Notes: a model not told the origin generated them from the letters alone. Positions 1 to 17,660 are shown, numbered from the stretch's first letter. The stretch is 64,000 bases of DNA from Desulfobacterales bacterium (GCA_963668645.2 CAXXWC010000021.1:1216001-1280000), one strand, 5' to 3'. Made by a program: numbers and translations.

Positions 1-5600
<5,600 letters not shown>

Positions 5601-5756
5601 GGCATCTCCAATGGTTCTTTGGGGGTTCTGGATCTTGCGCCCCGCCGGCGCCCCGCGGCGGGACGTGCTCCGGAAAAATCCCGGGCCGGCGACAGCCGCG
5701 GCACCGGTTCCAGCGACCGGTGTCGCGGCCGAGGAACCGGCCCTTGTCCCATCGGG

Positions 5757-6143
5757 CTACTTGAGTTCGACCTGCGCGCCGGCTTCTTCCAGCTGGGCCT
5801 TGACCTTCTCGGCCTCTTCCTTGGCGATGCCTTCCTTGACAGGCTTGGGCGGATTGTCGACCAGATCCTTGGCGTCCTTGAGCCCCAGCCCGGTGATGGC
5901 CCGCACTTCCTTGATCACCTGGATCTTCTTGTCGCCGGCGGCCGTCAGGATCACGTCGAATTCGGTCTTCTCCTCGGCCGCCTCAGCAGCGCCGTCGCCG
6001 GCCGGTGCGGCGGCCATCATGGCCATCGGTGCGGCCGCCGACACGCCGAACTTTTCCTCGAGTTCCTTGACCAGTTCGCTCAGTTCGAGCACGGTCATAT
6101 TGGCGATAAATTCAATCACATCTTCTTTGCTGACGTTTGCCAT
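5757..6143 (-). CDS. rplL: 50S ribosomal protein L7/L12
   Basis: [31 protein letters not shown]; conserved operon position. Confidence 0.99.
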   Translation of the reverse strand: MANVSKEDVIEFIANMTVLELSELVKELEEKFGVSAAAPMAMMAAAPAGDGAAEAAEEKTEFDVILTAAGDKKIQVIKEVRAITGLGLKDAKDLVDNPPKPVKEGIAKEEAEKVKAQLEEAGAQVELK

Positions 6144-6193
6144 GGTTCACTTTCCTCCGGTTTTAAATCATGCGGACCCGTTACCGGTTGGTC

Positions 6194-6715
6194 TCAGGCC
6201 GCTTCTTTCTTATCCTTGATGGCATTGAGTACGTTGACAAAAGATCCGGGCACCGCGTTGAGCACCCGTACCAGGGATGTCGGCACCGCGTTGAGTACGC
6301 CGAGCACCTGCGCGAGCAGAACCTCGCGCGACGGCAGGTTGGCCAGGTTCTTGATGTCGGCCGGCCCCAGGGCCTTTCCGTCCAGCACCCCGCCACGGAT
6401 TTCGAGCTTGTCGTTCTCCTTGGCGAACTGGGTCAAAATCTTGGCCGGGGCCACCGGATCATCGTAACTCAGGGCGATGGCGCTCGGGCCTTTGAATTGA
6501 TCCTTGATCACGGCCACCCCGGTTTCACGGGCGGCGCGTTCCATCAAGGAGTTCTTCACCACCTGGTAGTCGATGCCCGCTTCCTTGAGCCTTCGACGCA
6601 GTTCGGTGACAGCCTTGACATTGAGCCCCTTGTAGTCGGTAAGCACCACCACCTTGGCGCGTTCAAAGCGTCCGTGGAGCGCGTCGGCGATTTGTTTCTT
6701 GCGTTCGATCAGCAC
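6194..6715 (-). CDS. rplJ: 50S ribosomal protein L10
   Basis: DYKGL, VVKNSL, LANLPSREVL; conserved position. Confidence 0.98.
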   Translation of the reverse strand: MLIERKKQIADALHGRFERAKVVVLTDYKGLNVKAVTELRRRLKEAGIDYQVVKNSLMERAARETGVAVIKDQFKGPSAIALSYDDPVAPAKILTQFAKENDKLEIRGGVLDGKALGPADIKNLANLPSREVLLAQVLGVLNAVPTSLVRVLNAVPGSFVNVLNAIKDKKEAA

Positions 6716-6750
6716 GTCTGTCTCCCACCCCCTTTCCCATCTGTAAAAAA

Positions 6751-6842
6751 CCGGAGGCTATGGCAACATTTCAGCCCCATCTCGGTAGGCCGGTGTAAAC
6801 ACCGCTTAAACACGAGCGTGCACCTACGGTCTTCGACAGGTT
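6751..6842 (-). promoter_or_regulatory. Ribosomal protein L10 leader RNA
   Basis: Minus strand reads GAAGACCGTAGG...CCTACCGAG in the rplA-rplJ gap, the expected position and motif. Limits approximate. Confidence 0.7.
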
Positions 6843-6900
6843 CGTTGGCAATACAAAATAAAGGCCTCCCTACGATCCAGCCACCGAGGCCGGCAGGGCC

Positions 6901-7605
6901 TTACCTGAGAAAATCCTTCACGTACGCCGTATCGACCTTGACGCCGGGCCCCATGGTGGTCGACACCGCAATGGTGCGCATATAGCTGCCCTTGGCCGCC
7001 GACGGCTTGAGCCGCATCAAGGTGTCGATAAAGGCCGCGATGTTCTGCAGCAACTTTTCGGGGCCGAACGAAACCTTGCCCATCGGTGCATGCACGATGC
7101 CGGCCTTTTCCACGCGGAAATCGATCTTGCCGGCTTTAAGCTCCTGCACCGCCCGGGCCAGGTCAAAGGTCACTGTGCCGACCTTGGCATTGGGCATCAG
7201 CCCCCGCGGTCCGAGCAGGCGGCCAATCTTGCCCACGCTGCCCATCATGTCCGGGGTGGCCACGGCCTTGTCAAAGTCGAACCAGCCGCCCTTGATCTTC
7301 TCGATCAGTTCGTCGTTGCCGACGATATCGGCACCGGCGTCGAGGGCTTCCTTTTCCTTTTCGCCCTTGGCAAAGACCAGGACCTTGACCGTCTTGCCGA
7401 TCCCGTTGGGCAAGACGACCGAGCCGCGCACCATCTGATCGGCATGCCGCGGATCAACCCCCAGGCGCACCGCCACGTCCACCGTCTCGTCAAACTTGGC
7501 ATAGGAAGACGCGATGGCCCGTTGTACGGCATCCTGGAAGTCATACCGGGTACCGGCCTCGATCTTGCTTTTTGCTGATAGATATTTCTTTCCGCGCTTC
7601 GCCAT
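6901..7605 (-). CDS. rplA: 50S ribosomal protein L1
   Basis: [16 protein letters not shown] motifs. Confidence 0.99.
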   Translation of the reverse strand: MAKRGKKYLSAKSKIEAGTRYDFQDAVQRAIASSYAKFDETVDVAVRLGVDPRHADQMVRGSVVLPNGIGKTVKVLVFAKGEKEKEALDAGADIVGNDELIEKIKGGWFDFDKAVATPDMMGSVGKIGRLLGPRGLMPNAKVGTVTFDLARAVQELKAGKIDFRVEKAGIVHAPMGKVSFGPEKLLQNIAAFIDTLMRLKPSAAKGSYMRTIAVSTTMGPGVKVDTAYVKDFLR

Positions 7606-7693
7606 CTTTCCTTACCCACTCCTTCGGTTCGATAACTGCGTGCCCAACCGGGAGAAACCCGCGGCACCGGACACCACACCCTGGCCGATCCTA

Positions 7694-8116
7694 TCAGACC
7701 ACTTCGATGCCCATACTGCGGGCCGTGCCCTCGATGATTTTGCGTGCCGCCGCCAAGTCGTAAGCGTTCAGATCCGGCATCTTGATCTTGGCGATCTCTT
7801 CCACCTGGGCACCCGTCAGCTTTCCGACCCGGTCGCGCTTGGGGTCGGCGGCGCCCTTGGCGATCTTGGCGGCCTTTTTGATCAGTACCGCCGCCGGCGG
7901 CGTCTTGGTGATGAAGGTGAACGTCCGATCCTGATAAACGGTGATCACCACCGGAATAATCATCCCTTCTTCGCCGGCCGTACGGGCGTTGAAGGCCTTG
8001 CAAAAATCCATGATGTTCACACCGTGTTGTCCCAGGGCCGGACCAATGGGCGGCGACGGCGTAGCCTTGCCTGCCGGAACCTGAAGCTTAATCTGTGCCA
8101 TTACCTTTTTCGCCAT
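7694..8116 (-). CDS. rplK: 50S ribosomal protein L11
   Basis: [24 protein letters not shown]. Confidence 0.99.
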   Translation of the reverse strand: MAKKVMAQIKLQVPAGKATPSPPIGPALGQHGVNIMDFCKAFNARTAGEEGMIIPVVITVYQDRTFTFITKTPPAAVLIKKAAKIAKGAADPKRDRVGKLTGAQVEEIAKIKMPDLNAYDLAAARKIIEGTARSMGIEVV

Positions 8117-8152
8117 GCGCCTATGCTCCTTGACTACGACTTGACGTCGCGA

Positions 8153-8683
8153 TTACAGCTTGGTCACCTGAACGAACTCGAGTTCAACCGGGGTGCTGCG
8201 CCCGAAAATCGATACTAGAACCCGGATCTTCCCCTTTTCCGGGCTGACCTCGTCCACGGTGCCATGAAAGTTGGCAAACGGACCGTCTATGACCCGAATC
8301 TCGTCGCCCGTTTCAAACAGATACTTGGGCTGCGGCTTGTGTTTGCCCGCCTCCATCCGGTTTAGAATGCGCTCGGCCTCTTCGTCGGTCAATGGGCTTG
8401 GGGTGTCCTGGCCTCCGAGAAAACCGGTCACTTTCGACGTGGAATTGACGATGTGCCAGGTCTCGTCGTTCATCTCCATGCGTACCAGGATATAGCCGGG
8501 GTAAAACTTGCGCGACGATTCACGCCGTTTGCCTTTTACCAGCTCGACCACCTGCTCGGTGGGCACCACCACCTCGCCGAACCTGTCGCGATGCAACGAG
8601 GCCGCAATCTTCTCCTCCAAGGCCGCTTTGACCTTGTTCTCGAACCCCGAATAGACATGGACGATGTACCATTTGAGCGCCAC
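8153..8683 (-). CDS. nusG: Transcription termination/antitermination factor NusG
   Basis: WYIVHVYSGFE, KFYPGYILV and a KOW domain. Confidence 0.99.
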   Translation of the reverse strand: MALKWYIVHVYSGFENKVKAALEEKIAASLHRDRFGEVVVPTEQVVELVKGKRRESSRKFYPGYILVRMEMNDETWHIVNSTSKVTGFLGGQDTPSPLTDEEAERILNRMEAGKHKPQPKYLFETGDEIRVIDGPFANFHGTVDEVSPEKGKIRVLVSIFGRSTPVELEFVQVTKL

Positions 8684-8701
8684 TTGATCGCCTCCTTGGG
8701 C

Positions 8702-9091
8702 CTACTGCAGGACAACCCGAATCAAGCTGGACAGCCCCACGTCCACCACGCCCAGAAACAGCGAGACAATCATCACCAGAATGATCACCACCGCCGTCGA
8801 TCCGAGAGTTTGCTTGCGCGAGGGCCAAGTCACTTTCTTCAGCTCGATCTTGACCTCCCGCAAAAACTGCACCGCCCGCTCGATCCACTGGCCGACTTTG
8901 CCCGGACTTTTGGGCTCGCTCACCGGCCGCCGCACCGGGGCGGGGGCACTTTGTTTGCGCACTTCCTTGACCGTCGCCGCCGAGCCGCCGTTAGTGGCCG
9001 GCGCCTGGGCCGGCGCGGGGGCCTGCCCCTCTTCCAGGTCCGGCTTCTTCTTCTTGAAAGCGGGCGGCTTTTTGCGTTGTAATCGTGCCAT
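8702..9091 (-). CDS. secE: Preprotein translocase subunit SecE (long basic N-terminal tail)
   Basis: FLREVKIELKKVTWPS plus a TM helix; ATG at 9091 follows AGGAG. Confidence 0.93.
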   Translation of the reverse strand: MARLQRKKPPAFKKKKPDLEEGQAPAPAQAPATNGGSAATVKEVRKQSAPAPVRRPVSEPKSPGKVGQWIERAVQFLREVKIELKKVTWPSRKQTLGSTAVVIILVMIVSLFLGVVDVGLSSLIRVVLQ

Positions 9092-9188
9092 GGCACTCCT
9101 AAAACGGTGAAAGCTCAAAGTCTGGTCCATCAGGCGTGCCATACGCCCGGTCCCGGCGACAAACTTCGAGCTTCATCCACCCAAAGGT

Positions 9189-9264
9189 TGGCAGGCCAGG
9201 AGGGATTCGAACCCCCAACATCCGGTTTTGGAGACCGGCGCTCTACCGTTAGAGCTACTGGCCT
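9189..9264 (-). tRNA. tRNA-Trp(CCA)
   Basis: 76-nt cloverleaf, anticodon loop CT-CCA-AA, encoded CCA end. Confidence 0.97.
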
Positions 9265-9284
9265 GGAACGTCCACCCGATCGAT

Positions 9285-9434
9285 CTACTTGGTTTCGCGA
9301 TGGGGTGTGTGTTTGTGGCAAAAGCGGCAGTACTTGCTGAACTCCAGTTTGTCCGGCGTCGTCCGCTTGTTTTTCGTGGTCGTATAGTTGCGCTGCTTGC
9401 AGGCCGTGCAAGCCAGGGTCACGATGATTCTCAC
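9285..9434 (-). CDS. rpmG: 50S ribosomal protein L33 (zinc-binding form)
   Basis: Manual translation [49 protein letters not shown] (49 aa, below the track cutoff). Confidence 0.96.
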   Translation of the reverse strand: MRIIVTLACTACKQRNYTTTKNKRTTPDKLEFSKYCRFCHKHTPHRETK

Positions 9435-9452
9435 CGTTTCACTCCTTTAGTA

Positions 9453-10646
9453 CTACTCGATGATTTCACTGACAACGCCGGCGCCCACGGTGCGGCCACC
9501 CTCGCGGACGGCGAATCGCAGCTCTTTTTCCATCGCGATCGGGGTAATCAACGCCCCCTCGACGGTCACGTTGTCGCCCGGCATCACCATCTCCACGCCC
9601 TCGGGTAGCGTCACCACCCCGGTTACGTCCGTCGTGCGAAAATAAAACTGCGGCCGGTAACCAGTGAAAAACGGCGTGTGACGGCCTCCCTCTTCCTTGC
9701 TCAAAACGTACACCTCGGCCTTGAATTTCGTGTGCGGCGTGATCGAGCCGGGCTGCGCCACCACCTGTCCGCGCTCTACCTCGTCACGCTTCGTGCCGCG
9801 AAGCAGCACCCCGATGTTGTCGCCCGCCTGCCCCTCGTCGAGCAGCTTGCGAAACATCTCCACGCCCGTGCACACCGTCTTGGCCGTCGGGCGAATCCCG
9901 ACGATCTCCACGTTCTCGCCAACCCGGATGATCCCGCGCTCCACACGACCCGTGACCACCGTCCCACGACCCGATATCGAAAACACGTCCTCGATCGGCA
10001 TCAAAAACGGCTTGTCAATGTCACGCTGCGGCTCCGGGATATAGCTGTCGATGGCGTCCATCAGCTCGAATATGCACTTGGCCGCCTCGTCGTCCGGACT
10101 GTCCGCCTCCAGCGCCTTTAACGCGCTGCCGCGGATGATCGGCGTGTCGTCGCCCGGAAACTCGTACTTGTCCAGAAGCTCTCGAAGCTCAAGCTCCACC
10201 AGCTCGATCAGCTCCTCGTCGTCCACCATGTCGCACTTGTTCAAGAACACCACGATCCGCGGCACACCCACCTGACGCGCCAGCAGGATGTGCTCCCGCG
10301 TCTGGGGCATCGGACCGTCATCGGCCCCCACCACCAGGATCGCACCGTCCATCTGCGCCGCACCGGTGATCATGTTCTTGATGTAGTCCGCGTGACCCGG
10401 GCAGTCCACGTGCGCATAATGACGATTGGCCGTCTCGTACTCCACATGCGCCGTGGCGATGGTGATCCCGCGCGCCTTTTCCTCCGGCGCCTTGTCGATC
10501 TGATCGAACGGCACGTAATTCGCCTGACCCTTGAGACCCAACTGCTTGGTGATCGCTGCGGTCAGCGTCGTCTTGCCGTGGTCGATGTGCCCGATGGTCC
10601 CCACATTGACATGCGGCTTCTTCCTCTGAAACTTTTCCTTCGCCAT
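9453..10646 (-). CDS. tuf: Elongation factor Tu
   Basis: [21 protein letters not shown]. Confidence 0.99.
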   Translation of the reverse strand: MAKEKFQRKKPHVNVGTIGHIDHGKTTLTAAITKQLGLKGQANYVPFDQIDKAPEEKARGITIATAHVEYETANRHYAHVDCPGHADYIKNMITGAAQMDGAILVVGADDGPMPQTREHILLARQVGVPRIVVFLNKCDMVDDEELIELVELELRELLDKYEFPGDDTPIIRGSALKALEADSPDDEAAKCIFELMDAIDSYIPEPQRDIDKPFLMPIEDVFSISGRGTVVTGRVERGIIRVGENVEIVGIRPTAKTVCTGVEMFRKLLDEGQAGDNIGVLLRGTKRDEVERGQVVAQPGSITPHTKFKAEVYVLSKEEGGRHTPFFTGYRPQFYFRTTDVTGVVTLPEGVEMVMPGDNVTVEGALITPIAMEKELRFAVREGGRTVGAGVVSEIIE

Positions 10647-10787
10647 CTTCCCGTCCTCCAGCTCCTCGTTGGAATTTTGGAAAATATGTCCGGTGGTACC
10701 GAATCAGGCACCAAATGGCCCGGTTGCCGGTCCTTTTTCCCAATCCTGGGATAGACCCGGCTGCCGGGTTGCAACGGAAAAAAGGTC

Positions 10788-10864
10788 TGGAGCCCACGAC
10801 CGGAATCGAACCGGTGAACCTCTTCCTTACCAAGGAAGCGCTCTACCTGCTGAGCTACGTGGGC
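10788..10864 (-). tRNA. tRNA-Thr(GGT)
   Basis: Cloverleaf with loop TT-GGT-AA and CCA end. Confidence 0.96.
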
Positions 10865-10930
10865 TTACATCCGTCAGTGAAGGATTGACCGGCGATGACT
10901 GAAAACGCGCGGCATTGCAGTGGAATGGGT

Positions 10931-11006
<76 letters not shown>

Positions 11007-11163
11007 TTCGGCGACCGGGACTGCGGCCGTCCATGTCTGGTTCCATCCCCACCGCCGCCGGCCTCGCATCGAGACCTTGCGGCGGCTAAAAGCCACGTAG
11101 TGCATCGCGATACCGGCAACCGGTGCCGACATCTCCTACCGACAGCTTCCTTACGGGTTGTAG

Positions 11164-11248
11164 TGGTGGTGGGGGGAGGATTTGAACCTCCGAAGGCATC
11201 GCCGACAGATTTACAGTCTGTTCCCTTTGACCGCTCGGGAACCCCACC
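11164..11248 (-). tRNA. tRNA-Tyr(GTA)
   Basis: 85 nt with long variable arm, loop CT-GTA-AA. Confidence 0.96.
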
Positions 11249-11323
11249 ACATTTATATAGCGTCCACCAGCCACCCGGCTTTCTCACCCGGCTGGCCAGC
11301 CACGGATCGCCCCTTTCACCGAC

Positions 11324-11399
11324 TGGAGCCAGAGACAGGAATCGAACCCGCGACCCGCTGATTACAAATCAGCCGCTCTACCGACTGAGCTACTCTGGC
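11324..11399 (-). tRNA. tRNA-Thr(TGT)
   Basis: Cloverleaf with loop TT-TGT-AA and CCA end. Confidence 0.96.
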
Positions 11400-11798
11400 C
11401 CGGCTGCACCAGGGTGTCGACGCACGGGCCGTCGACAGTGGCGACCGTTCCGTCACCACACAGAATCAGAGTCTTTAACTTCTCTTTGGATCGAATGCAA
11501 GCCTTTTTTTCCAAAGTTAGAAAAAAGATAGAGATGGACGATAAACCTCAACATCATGTAAAATGATTTGATCCAATATCGCTGCTTACACGCCTTTGGG
11601 TCCGAGTTTGCGCGCTCGAGCCGCCGGGTCGGGTATCATGGAAGGCTGGCGCAGGTCAACACCTTATACCATCGAAAAGACCGAATGCGGGATCAACGCT
11701 CATCCCTTGACAGTCTTGTCACTCTTGTGTAATCGAAACGGAACAATCGGGACGGCAAGACCTGCCAGTATTTCAAAAACTCAACTCAAGGGGAAGCT

Positions 11799-13583
11799 TT
11801 GCCCTTCATTCGCACGCTTTTTTTGATTATCTTTTTGGGCTGGACCGTTTCCGCATGCAGCACCACGCCAACAGCCCCCGAAGATCTTGCCTCCGTTGAT
11901 GAAACAACCGATTCCACCGCCCATAGCGGGGCCGGCATCGAACGGCCGGTCCCGGCCCAGCGCACCGATAGTCGCCAGCCAGCCCAGGGTCAGGCGATGG
12001 CAGCGGCCCGCCCGGGGCGCCAGGCCCTTCTTGACGAGGCCCTCGATCTTTGCCAGACCGCCCAGGATTTTTGGCAAAAAGGCGACCAGGAAAGCGCCCT
12101 TGAGGCGCTGGACAAAGCCTACGCCTTGATCTTGCAAGCCGATGGCGAAAACGACCCCAAACTGATGCAGCAAAAAGAGGACCTGCGCTTTACCATCGCC
12201 AAACGCATCCTGGAGATCCACGCCTCACGCTACATCGTGGTCAGTGGCCAGCACCGGGCCATCCCGCTGGTGCACAACCGGCATGTGGACGCCGAAATCG
12301 AAAGCCTTACCGGTCCCGAGCGCAATTTTTTCATCGCTGCTCTCCAGCGCAGCGGCCGCTACCGGCCACGGATCCAGGCCGCGCTGCGCCAGGCCGGACT
12401 GCCCGAATCGCTATCCTGGCTGCCGTTGATCGAAAGCGGATTCAAGGTCAACGCCCTCTCGCCGGCCCGTGCACTGGGACTATGGCAATTCATCCCTTCT
12501 ACGGGATACAAGTTCGGGCTCAACCGCGACACCTACATCGACGAACGCCTCGACCCGGACAAATCCACCGCCGCTGCAGTCGCCTATCTTACCGAACTGC
12601 ACAGCATCTTCGGCGACTGGACCACCGTTCTGGCCGCCTACAACTGTGGCGAGGGAAGGGTACTGCGCACCATCCGCAGCCAGAACATCAACTACCTGGA
12701 CAATTTCTGGGATCTGTACGAGCGCTTGCCGGCCGAAACGGCCCGTTATGTACCGCGTTTTCTAGCCACCTTGCACATCGTGCAAAACCTTAAGGATTAC
12801 GGCCTGGACGAGGTTAAAACCGATACGTCGATAGACTTCGAGACCGTCGAAATCTCCCGCCAGGCCACGTTGAAGGACATCGCCGCCGCCATCTCCACAG
12901 ACGAGCAGCAACTACGGTTACTCAATCCGGAGCTGCGCCACCGCATCACCCCTGGGGACGGATACGTACTCAAGGTGCCACCGGGCCGCACCCAGACACT
13001 GCTGGCGGTCATCGATGAGATTCCCCGGGCCAGTCGAATCGTTGCCGCAGGATTCGTCCGCTACCGCGTCAGGCCCGGTGACACTCTGTCAACCATCGCC
13101 CGGCGCTACCGCACCAGCGTCAGTGCCATCATGCGGGCCAACCGTTTGCGCCGCAGCGACCACATCGTGGCCGGCCATACCATCAAGGTGCCCACCCGGG
13201 CCGGAGCCGGAGAAACCCTCGCTTCTGCCTCCTCCGGGAGCCTGGACACCGGCAGCTCCGATGTTTCGCAGACCGTTGCCCATACCGTGGCCAGCGGCGA
13301 TTCGCTCTGGAACCTGGCCCGCAGCTACGGCACCACGGTTCAGAAAATCCAGACGGCCAACAAGTTGTCCGGCACTCGCCTGGACATCGGCCAGGCCCTA
13401 GTCATCCCGGTACACGGGCAGTCGGCCGCCTCCTCCTCTTCCAAGGTCTACCAGGTTAAGAAAGGGGATACGCCCTTTATGATCGCCAACCGGTACAAGA
13501 TGCCCCTGGAGCGCCTGCTGCGGATCAACCGCCTCACGCCCCGCTGCACCATCTATCCCGGTCAGCGGTTGCACATCGAATAG
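11799..13583 (+). CDS. MltD-like lytic transglycosylase lipoprotein with three LysM domains
   Basis: Lipobox VSAC; IESG...GLWQFIP...AAYNCGEG SLT motifs; three LysM repeats. Confidence 0.92.
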   Translation: MPFIRTLFLIIFLGWTVSACSTTPTAPEDLASVDETTDSTAHSGAGIERPVPAQRTDSRQPAQGQAMAAARPGRQALLDEALDLCQTAQDFWQKGDQESALEALDKAYALILQADGENDPKLMQQKEDLRFTIAKRILEIHASRYIVVSGQHRAIPLVHNRHVDAEIESLTGPERNFFIAALQRSGRYRPRIQAALRQAGLPESLSWLPLIESGFKVNALSPARALGLWQFIPSTGYKFGLNRDTYIDERLDPDKSTAAAVAYLTELHSIFGDWTTVLAAYNCGEGRVLRTIRSQNINYLDNFWDLYERLPAETARYVPRFLATLHIVQNLKDYGLDEVKTDTSIDFETVEISRQATLKDIAAAISTDEQQLRLLNPELRHRITPGDGYVLKVPPGRTQTLLAVIDEIPRASRIVAAGFVRYRVRPGDTLSTIARRYRTSVSAIMRANRLRRSDHIVAGHTIKVPTRAGAGETLASASSGSLDTGSSDVSQTVAHTVASGDSLWNLARSYGTTVQKIQTANKLSGTRLDIGQALVIPVHGQSAASSSSKVYQVKKGDTPFMIANRYKMPLERLLRINRLTPRCTIYPGQRLHIE

Positions 13584-13603
13584 CCGCCCGCCAGAAGATC
13601 GCC

Positions 13604-13679
13604 GCCCCCGTAGCTCAGTGGATAGAGCAATGGATTCCTAATCCATGTGCCGCGTGTTCGATTCACGCCGGGGGCACCA
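13604..13679 (+). tRNA. tRNA-Arg(CCT)
   Basis: Cloverleaf with loop TT-CCT-AA and CCA end. Confidence 0.95.
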
Positions 13680-13777
13680 ATTTTTGCGAAGCCCGAGAAC
13701 GGCAATTTCGAATCTCGAAAAAACAGACCCGCAAAATACAGAACCAAATTCCAAGCAAGACGCAAACGCCGATATTT

Positions 13778-14595
13778 GATGCCTTCGTAAAAAATCCCCG
13801 CTGTCTAACATGCTAAAAAATATGCATAAAAATATTTAGAACCTGTTGACAAAATCACCTCTTTATGGCAATATTTTTAACAAATCCGACACGTTGCCAT
13901 GAGGAAAGCATAATTCGAATAAAAGACCGAAAACAGCAACATTTGTTCGACCCGTGGCAGTTTCTCAGTCCCAAACGCCGGAAATCCTCGAACAGGGGTG
14001 GCCCGGGTTTTTCCGCAATCACATCCTTGACCAATTGTCTGTGGAAAAACTCGCTTTGCTTTTTCCCAGCGATCAGGGTCGTCCAACCAAGGAACTGAAT
14101 ACCGTTCTCGGTGCGCTGGCCTTACAGCAAACCTATGACCTGACAGACCGTGAAACGTGCGAGCAACTGGCGCTTAACCTCCAATGGCACTATGCGCTGG
14201 ACCTGTACGAAGAAAGCGACGAGGCCAAGTACATCTGCCCAAAGACCCTGTGGAACATGCGTATTCTGGGCCACCGAGCTGAGACTGGAAAACGATCTGT
14301 TTGATACCGTAGCTGCCAACCTGGCCGAAATGTTCAACGTCGATACCCGTCTGCAGCGCCAGGATTCGGTTCACATCCGTTCCAACATGGCCCGGGGCTC
14401 GGGCGCATCGGGATTTTCGTCAAAGGCATCGATCGGTTCCTGGTCAACCTCAAACGCCACCACCCGATCCTGTACGGCCGGATCGATGAGGAACTGATCC
14501 AGCGTTACCATGGCGAAAAGGCCAGGCAGTGTTTTGCCGGAGTTAAGCCGTCGGAGTCCAAAAGGATTTTATCCGAGGTAGCCGGTGACCTGTAT
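13778..14595 (+). pseudogene. Frameshifted, truncated DDE transposase (IS1182/IS5-like) with probable left IS end
   Basis: Fragments in several frames (IRIKDRKQQHLFDPW; GRPTKEL...NLQWHYALD; QRQDSVHIRSNMAR). The start appears mutated to ATA at 13910; IS-end-like GATGCCTTCGTAAAAA at 13778. Confidence 0.7.
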
Positions 14596-14900
14596 CGAGA
14601 GCAGCATGTGTACATGGTCTTTCATCAGGTGTCCTTCGAGCACCTCGCTCTCCCGGGCTTTGGCCAATTCTCGAAAAACCTCGCCAAGGTACCTGCGTAC
14701 TTGGCCGTATAACGTCTTCTTGCGATATTTGGGAATCCAGACCACATGGTATTTGCATCCCCAACGGCTGTGGGTTAGGCTTAAACTGTTGTCCATGAAA
14801 GCCTCTCCTTTGTGAATTTGAGCGGTTCACATCTGGAGGGGCTTTCACTTGCTCCCGTAAATGTCAAACACTACTGAGTCCCCCGGCATAGCCGGGGGTT
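14593..14900 (-). mobile_element. tnpA: IS200/IS605-family remnant: left end plus truncated TnpA (Y1 HUH transposase)
   Basis: 14796->14593 gives ...CKYHVVWIPKYRKK...DHVHMLLSI (HUH motif), then breaks. Hairpins TGAAAGCCTCTCC...GGAGGGGCTTTCA and CCCCCGGC-ATA-GCCGGGGG lie upstream. Confidence 0.85.
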
Positions 14901-14959
14901 TACCTAAGGGCAATTACACGGATTGATGGCCAAAAACAGCCTCTGCTTTTTCCGCCTTT

Positions 14960-16060
14960 CTACAAAACCCCTTGCCTCCGCGTCGCGCCCCGTTTGGCCA
15001 CCAGTTCCTCCATCCAATCCGGATGGTCCAGATACCAGCGCACCGTCTTGAGGATTCCGGTCTCGAAGGTCTCCCGGGGCATCCATCCCAGTTCGTCGCA
15101 GATCCGGTTCGCATCGATGGCATAGCGCCGGTCGTGGCCCGGCCGGTCGGGCACATGGGTGATCAGACGGTGGTACCCGCCCGGTGCCCCGCTAGGACGC
15201 ATCAGCTCCAGGACGTCGCAAAGCAGGCCGACAATCTCGATATTGGCCCGCTCATTGTGCCCGCCCACGTTGTAAGTGTGCCCCGGCACCCCGCGGCGTA
15301 CGATGCACTCGATGGCCCGGCAGTGGTCTTCCACATAAAGCCAATCCCGGATCTGGCGCCCGTCGCCGTAAACCGGCAGGGGCTTTGCCGCCAGAGCGTT
15401 AGCGATCATCAGGGGGATGAGTTTTTCCGGAAAGTGGTAAGGGCCGTAGTTGTTGCTGCAGTTGGAAATCGTCACCGGCATGCCGTAGGTGCGGTGCCAG
15501 GCGCGCACCAGGTGGTCGGAGCCGGCCTTGCTGGCACTGTATGGGCTGCTCGGGTCGTATGGGGTGGTTTCGCTAAACAGGCCGCTCGGCCCGAGGCTGC
15601 CGTAAACCTCGTCGGTGCTCACGTGATGAAAGCGCACATCTTTCCGATCCTGCCAGGCCCGGCGCGCAGCCAGCAGCAGCACCGCCGTGCCGAGCACGTT
15701 GGTGCGCACGAAGTCCAGCGGATCATCGATGGAACGGTCCACGTGGCTTTCTGCGGCCAGATGAATCACCGTGTCCACTTCATGGCGGCTGAAAAGAGCC
15801 GTTATGGCCGGCTCATCGGCAATGTCGGCCTGGATAAAGGAGTAGCGGCCGGGATAGGCCTGCTCGACCCCACGCAGGTTGGCCGGATTGCCGGCATAGG
15901 TCAGGGCATCGACGTTGATCAGATGGAGGCTCGGATCGGCGGCCAAAAGGTAATGGACCAGATTCGATCCGATAAACCCGGCCCCGCCGGTGATCATCAC
16001 CACGCGGGGAGTGTGCCGGATCGGGGCTAAGGGTTTACCGGGAGCAATATCAGGCTGCAT
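14960..16060 (-). CDS. rfbB: dTDP-glucose 4,6-dehydratase
   Basis: [42 protein letters not shown]. Confidence 0.96.
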   Translation of the reverse strand: MQPDIAPGKPLAPIRHTPRVVMITGGAGFIGSNLVHYLLAADPSLHLINVDALTYAGNPANLRGVEQAYPGRYSFIQADIADEPAITALFSRHEVDTVIHLAAESHVDRSIDDPLDFVRTNVLGTAVLLLAARRAWQDRKDVRFHHVSTDEVYGSLGPSGLFSETTPYDPSSPYSASKAGSDHLVRAWHRTYGMPVTISNCSNNYGPYHFPEKLIPLMIANALAAKPLPVYGDGRQIRDWLYVEDHCRAIECIVRRGVPGHTYNVGGHNERANIEIVGLLCDVLELMRPSGAPGGYHRLITHVPDRPGHDRRYAIDANRICDELGWMPRETFETGILKTVRWYLDHPDWMEELVAKRGATRRQGVL

Positions 16061-16124
16061 ATCTCAAATACCTCTTGAAGGCTCAAATCCGAATTTCGAT
16101 ATTCGAACTTGCCTTCTTCCATCC

Positions 16125-17003
16125 TCAAAACGCTTCCTGGTACCGCAGCATCTCCATCAGATAGCGCCCATAAGCGTTGTTTTTCATCGGTTCGGCCAGC
16201 CGTTCGACCTGGGCTTCGTCAATGTATCCCTTGCGATAGGCGATCTCCTCGACGCAGGCGATCTTGAGCCCCTGGCGCTCTTCAATGGTCTGGATAAAGG
16301 TCGAGGCCTGCATCAGGCTCTCGTGGGTACCGGTATCCAGCCAGGCGATGCCGCGGCCGAGTTTTTCCACCGCCAGGGTCCCGGCGCTCAGATAGGCGCG
16401 GTTGATGTCGGTGATCTCCAATTCCCCGCGGGCCGAGGGCTTAAGCCCGGCGGCGATTTCCACCACCTGGCGGTCGTAAAAATAGAGTCCGGTCACGGCG
16501 TAGTTGGACTTGGGGGCAACCGGCTTTTCCTCGATATCGGTGGCACGGCCCCGCCGATCGAAGCTCACCACCCCGTAGCGCTGCGGATCGCGCACCCAGT
16601 AGCCGAATACCGTGGCGCCTTGTTCGCGCTGCCGCGCGGCCTTGAGTTTCTCGGTCAGGCCATGGCCATAAAAAATATTGTCTCCCAGAACCAGGCACAC
16701 CGGACCGTCGTTTACAAACCGGCGGCCGATGACAAAGGCTTGGGCCAGCCCCTCGGGCCGCGGCTGCTCGGCGTATTCGAACGACATGCCCCACTGGCTG
16801 CCATCGCCCAGCAGGCGGCGGAACAAGGGCAGGTCATGTGGGGTGGAGATCACCAGGACCTCACGGATCTCGGCCAGCATCAGCACCGAGAGCGGATAGT
16901 AGATCATCGGCTTGTCGTAGACCGGCAGCAGCTGCTTGCTGATCACCCGGCTGATGGGATAGAGCCGGGTGCCGGAGCCGCCGGCCAGGATGATGCCTTT
17001 CAT
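16125..17003 (-). CDS. rfbA: Glucose-1-phosphate thymidylyltransferase
   Basis: [34 protein letters not shown]. Confidence 0.98.
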   Translation of the reverse strand: MKGIILAGGSGTRLYPISRVISKQLLPVYDKPMIYYPLSVLMLAEIREVLVISTPHDLPLFRRLLGDGSQWGMSFEYAEQPRPEGLAQAFVIGRRFVNDGPVCLVLGDNIFYGHGLTEKLKAARQREQGATVFGYWVRDPQRYGVVSFDRRGRATDIEEKPVAPKSNYAVTGLYFYDRQVVEIAAGLKPSARGELEITDINRAYLSAGTLAVEKLGRGIAWLDTGTHESLMQASTFIQTIEERQGLKIACVEEIAYRKGYIDEAQVERLAEPMKNNAYGRYLMEMLRYQEAF

Positions 17004-17045
17004 GGGTCAGCCTCGATGGGCGCCCGCGGCGCATTCAGTAGTTAG

Positions 17046-17185
17046 TGTCCGTCCATAAAGGGTGATTTTTGGTTTCTGGCAGGGCCCGAGCTAGTTTTCA
17101 ACCGGAGCAATAGCCCGCTATTGCGAAGATTGGAGACGAGCCAGAACGCCGCCGGGGGCCGAAAGGTGCCGTTTATGGATGGACA
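17046..17185. mobile_element. 140-bp MITE-like element
   Basis: 14-bp terminal inverted repeats TGTCCGTCCATAAA / TTTATGGATGGACA (13/14 match), flanked by TTAG and ATAG; ends resemble those of the IS at 17707-19375. Confidence 0.7.
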
Positions 17186-17357
17186 ATAGTTAAGGTTTCA
17201 AATTTATAGCTCAATTCAGAGCAAATTCCAAATAACAGCAAAGGCAAGAAGATTAAAGGCCAAAAATTCTCCCCGGAGGGGTAACCCCATCCGCCTTCGG
17301 CGCGTGTCAATGGGAATGAGACACCGTGTGGGTGTTGTGATCAAGTAAAAACGGACA

Positions 17358-17660
17358 TTGGACGGACGGGGCCGCTGTCAGGATAAGATCTTTATTGAAG
17401 GACTGTGGTGGACACTGAAATACGACTACATCTACCTACACGCTTTTGACAACGAAAACGAACTTCGCCGGGGGCTCGATAAGTGGTTCTCGTTTTACAA
17501 CCAAGAGCGCCCTTATCAAAAACTTTACGGCAGAACACCAGCTGATGTTTATTACGGTTTGCCTGCCACCATGGCTGTGGCTGCCTGATGTCCGGCTACC
17601 AGAACCGGCTTGGTGCTTATTCTACCAACCAGGCTGTCCAAACAATTGGGTCCACCGCCA
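17358..17660 (+). pseudogene. IS3-family transposase C-terminal remnant with probable right end
   Basis: DGRGRCQDKIFIEGLWWTLKY...YNQERPYQKLYGRTP matches the IS3 integrase-core C-terminus; no N-terminal part. Confidence 0.8.
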
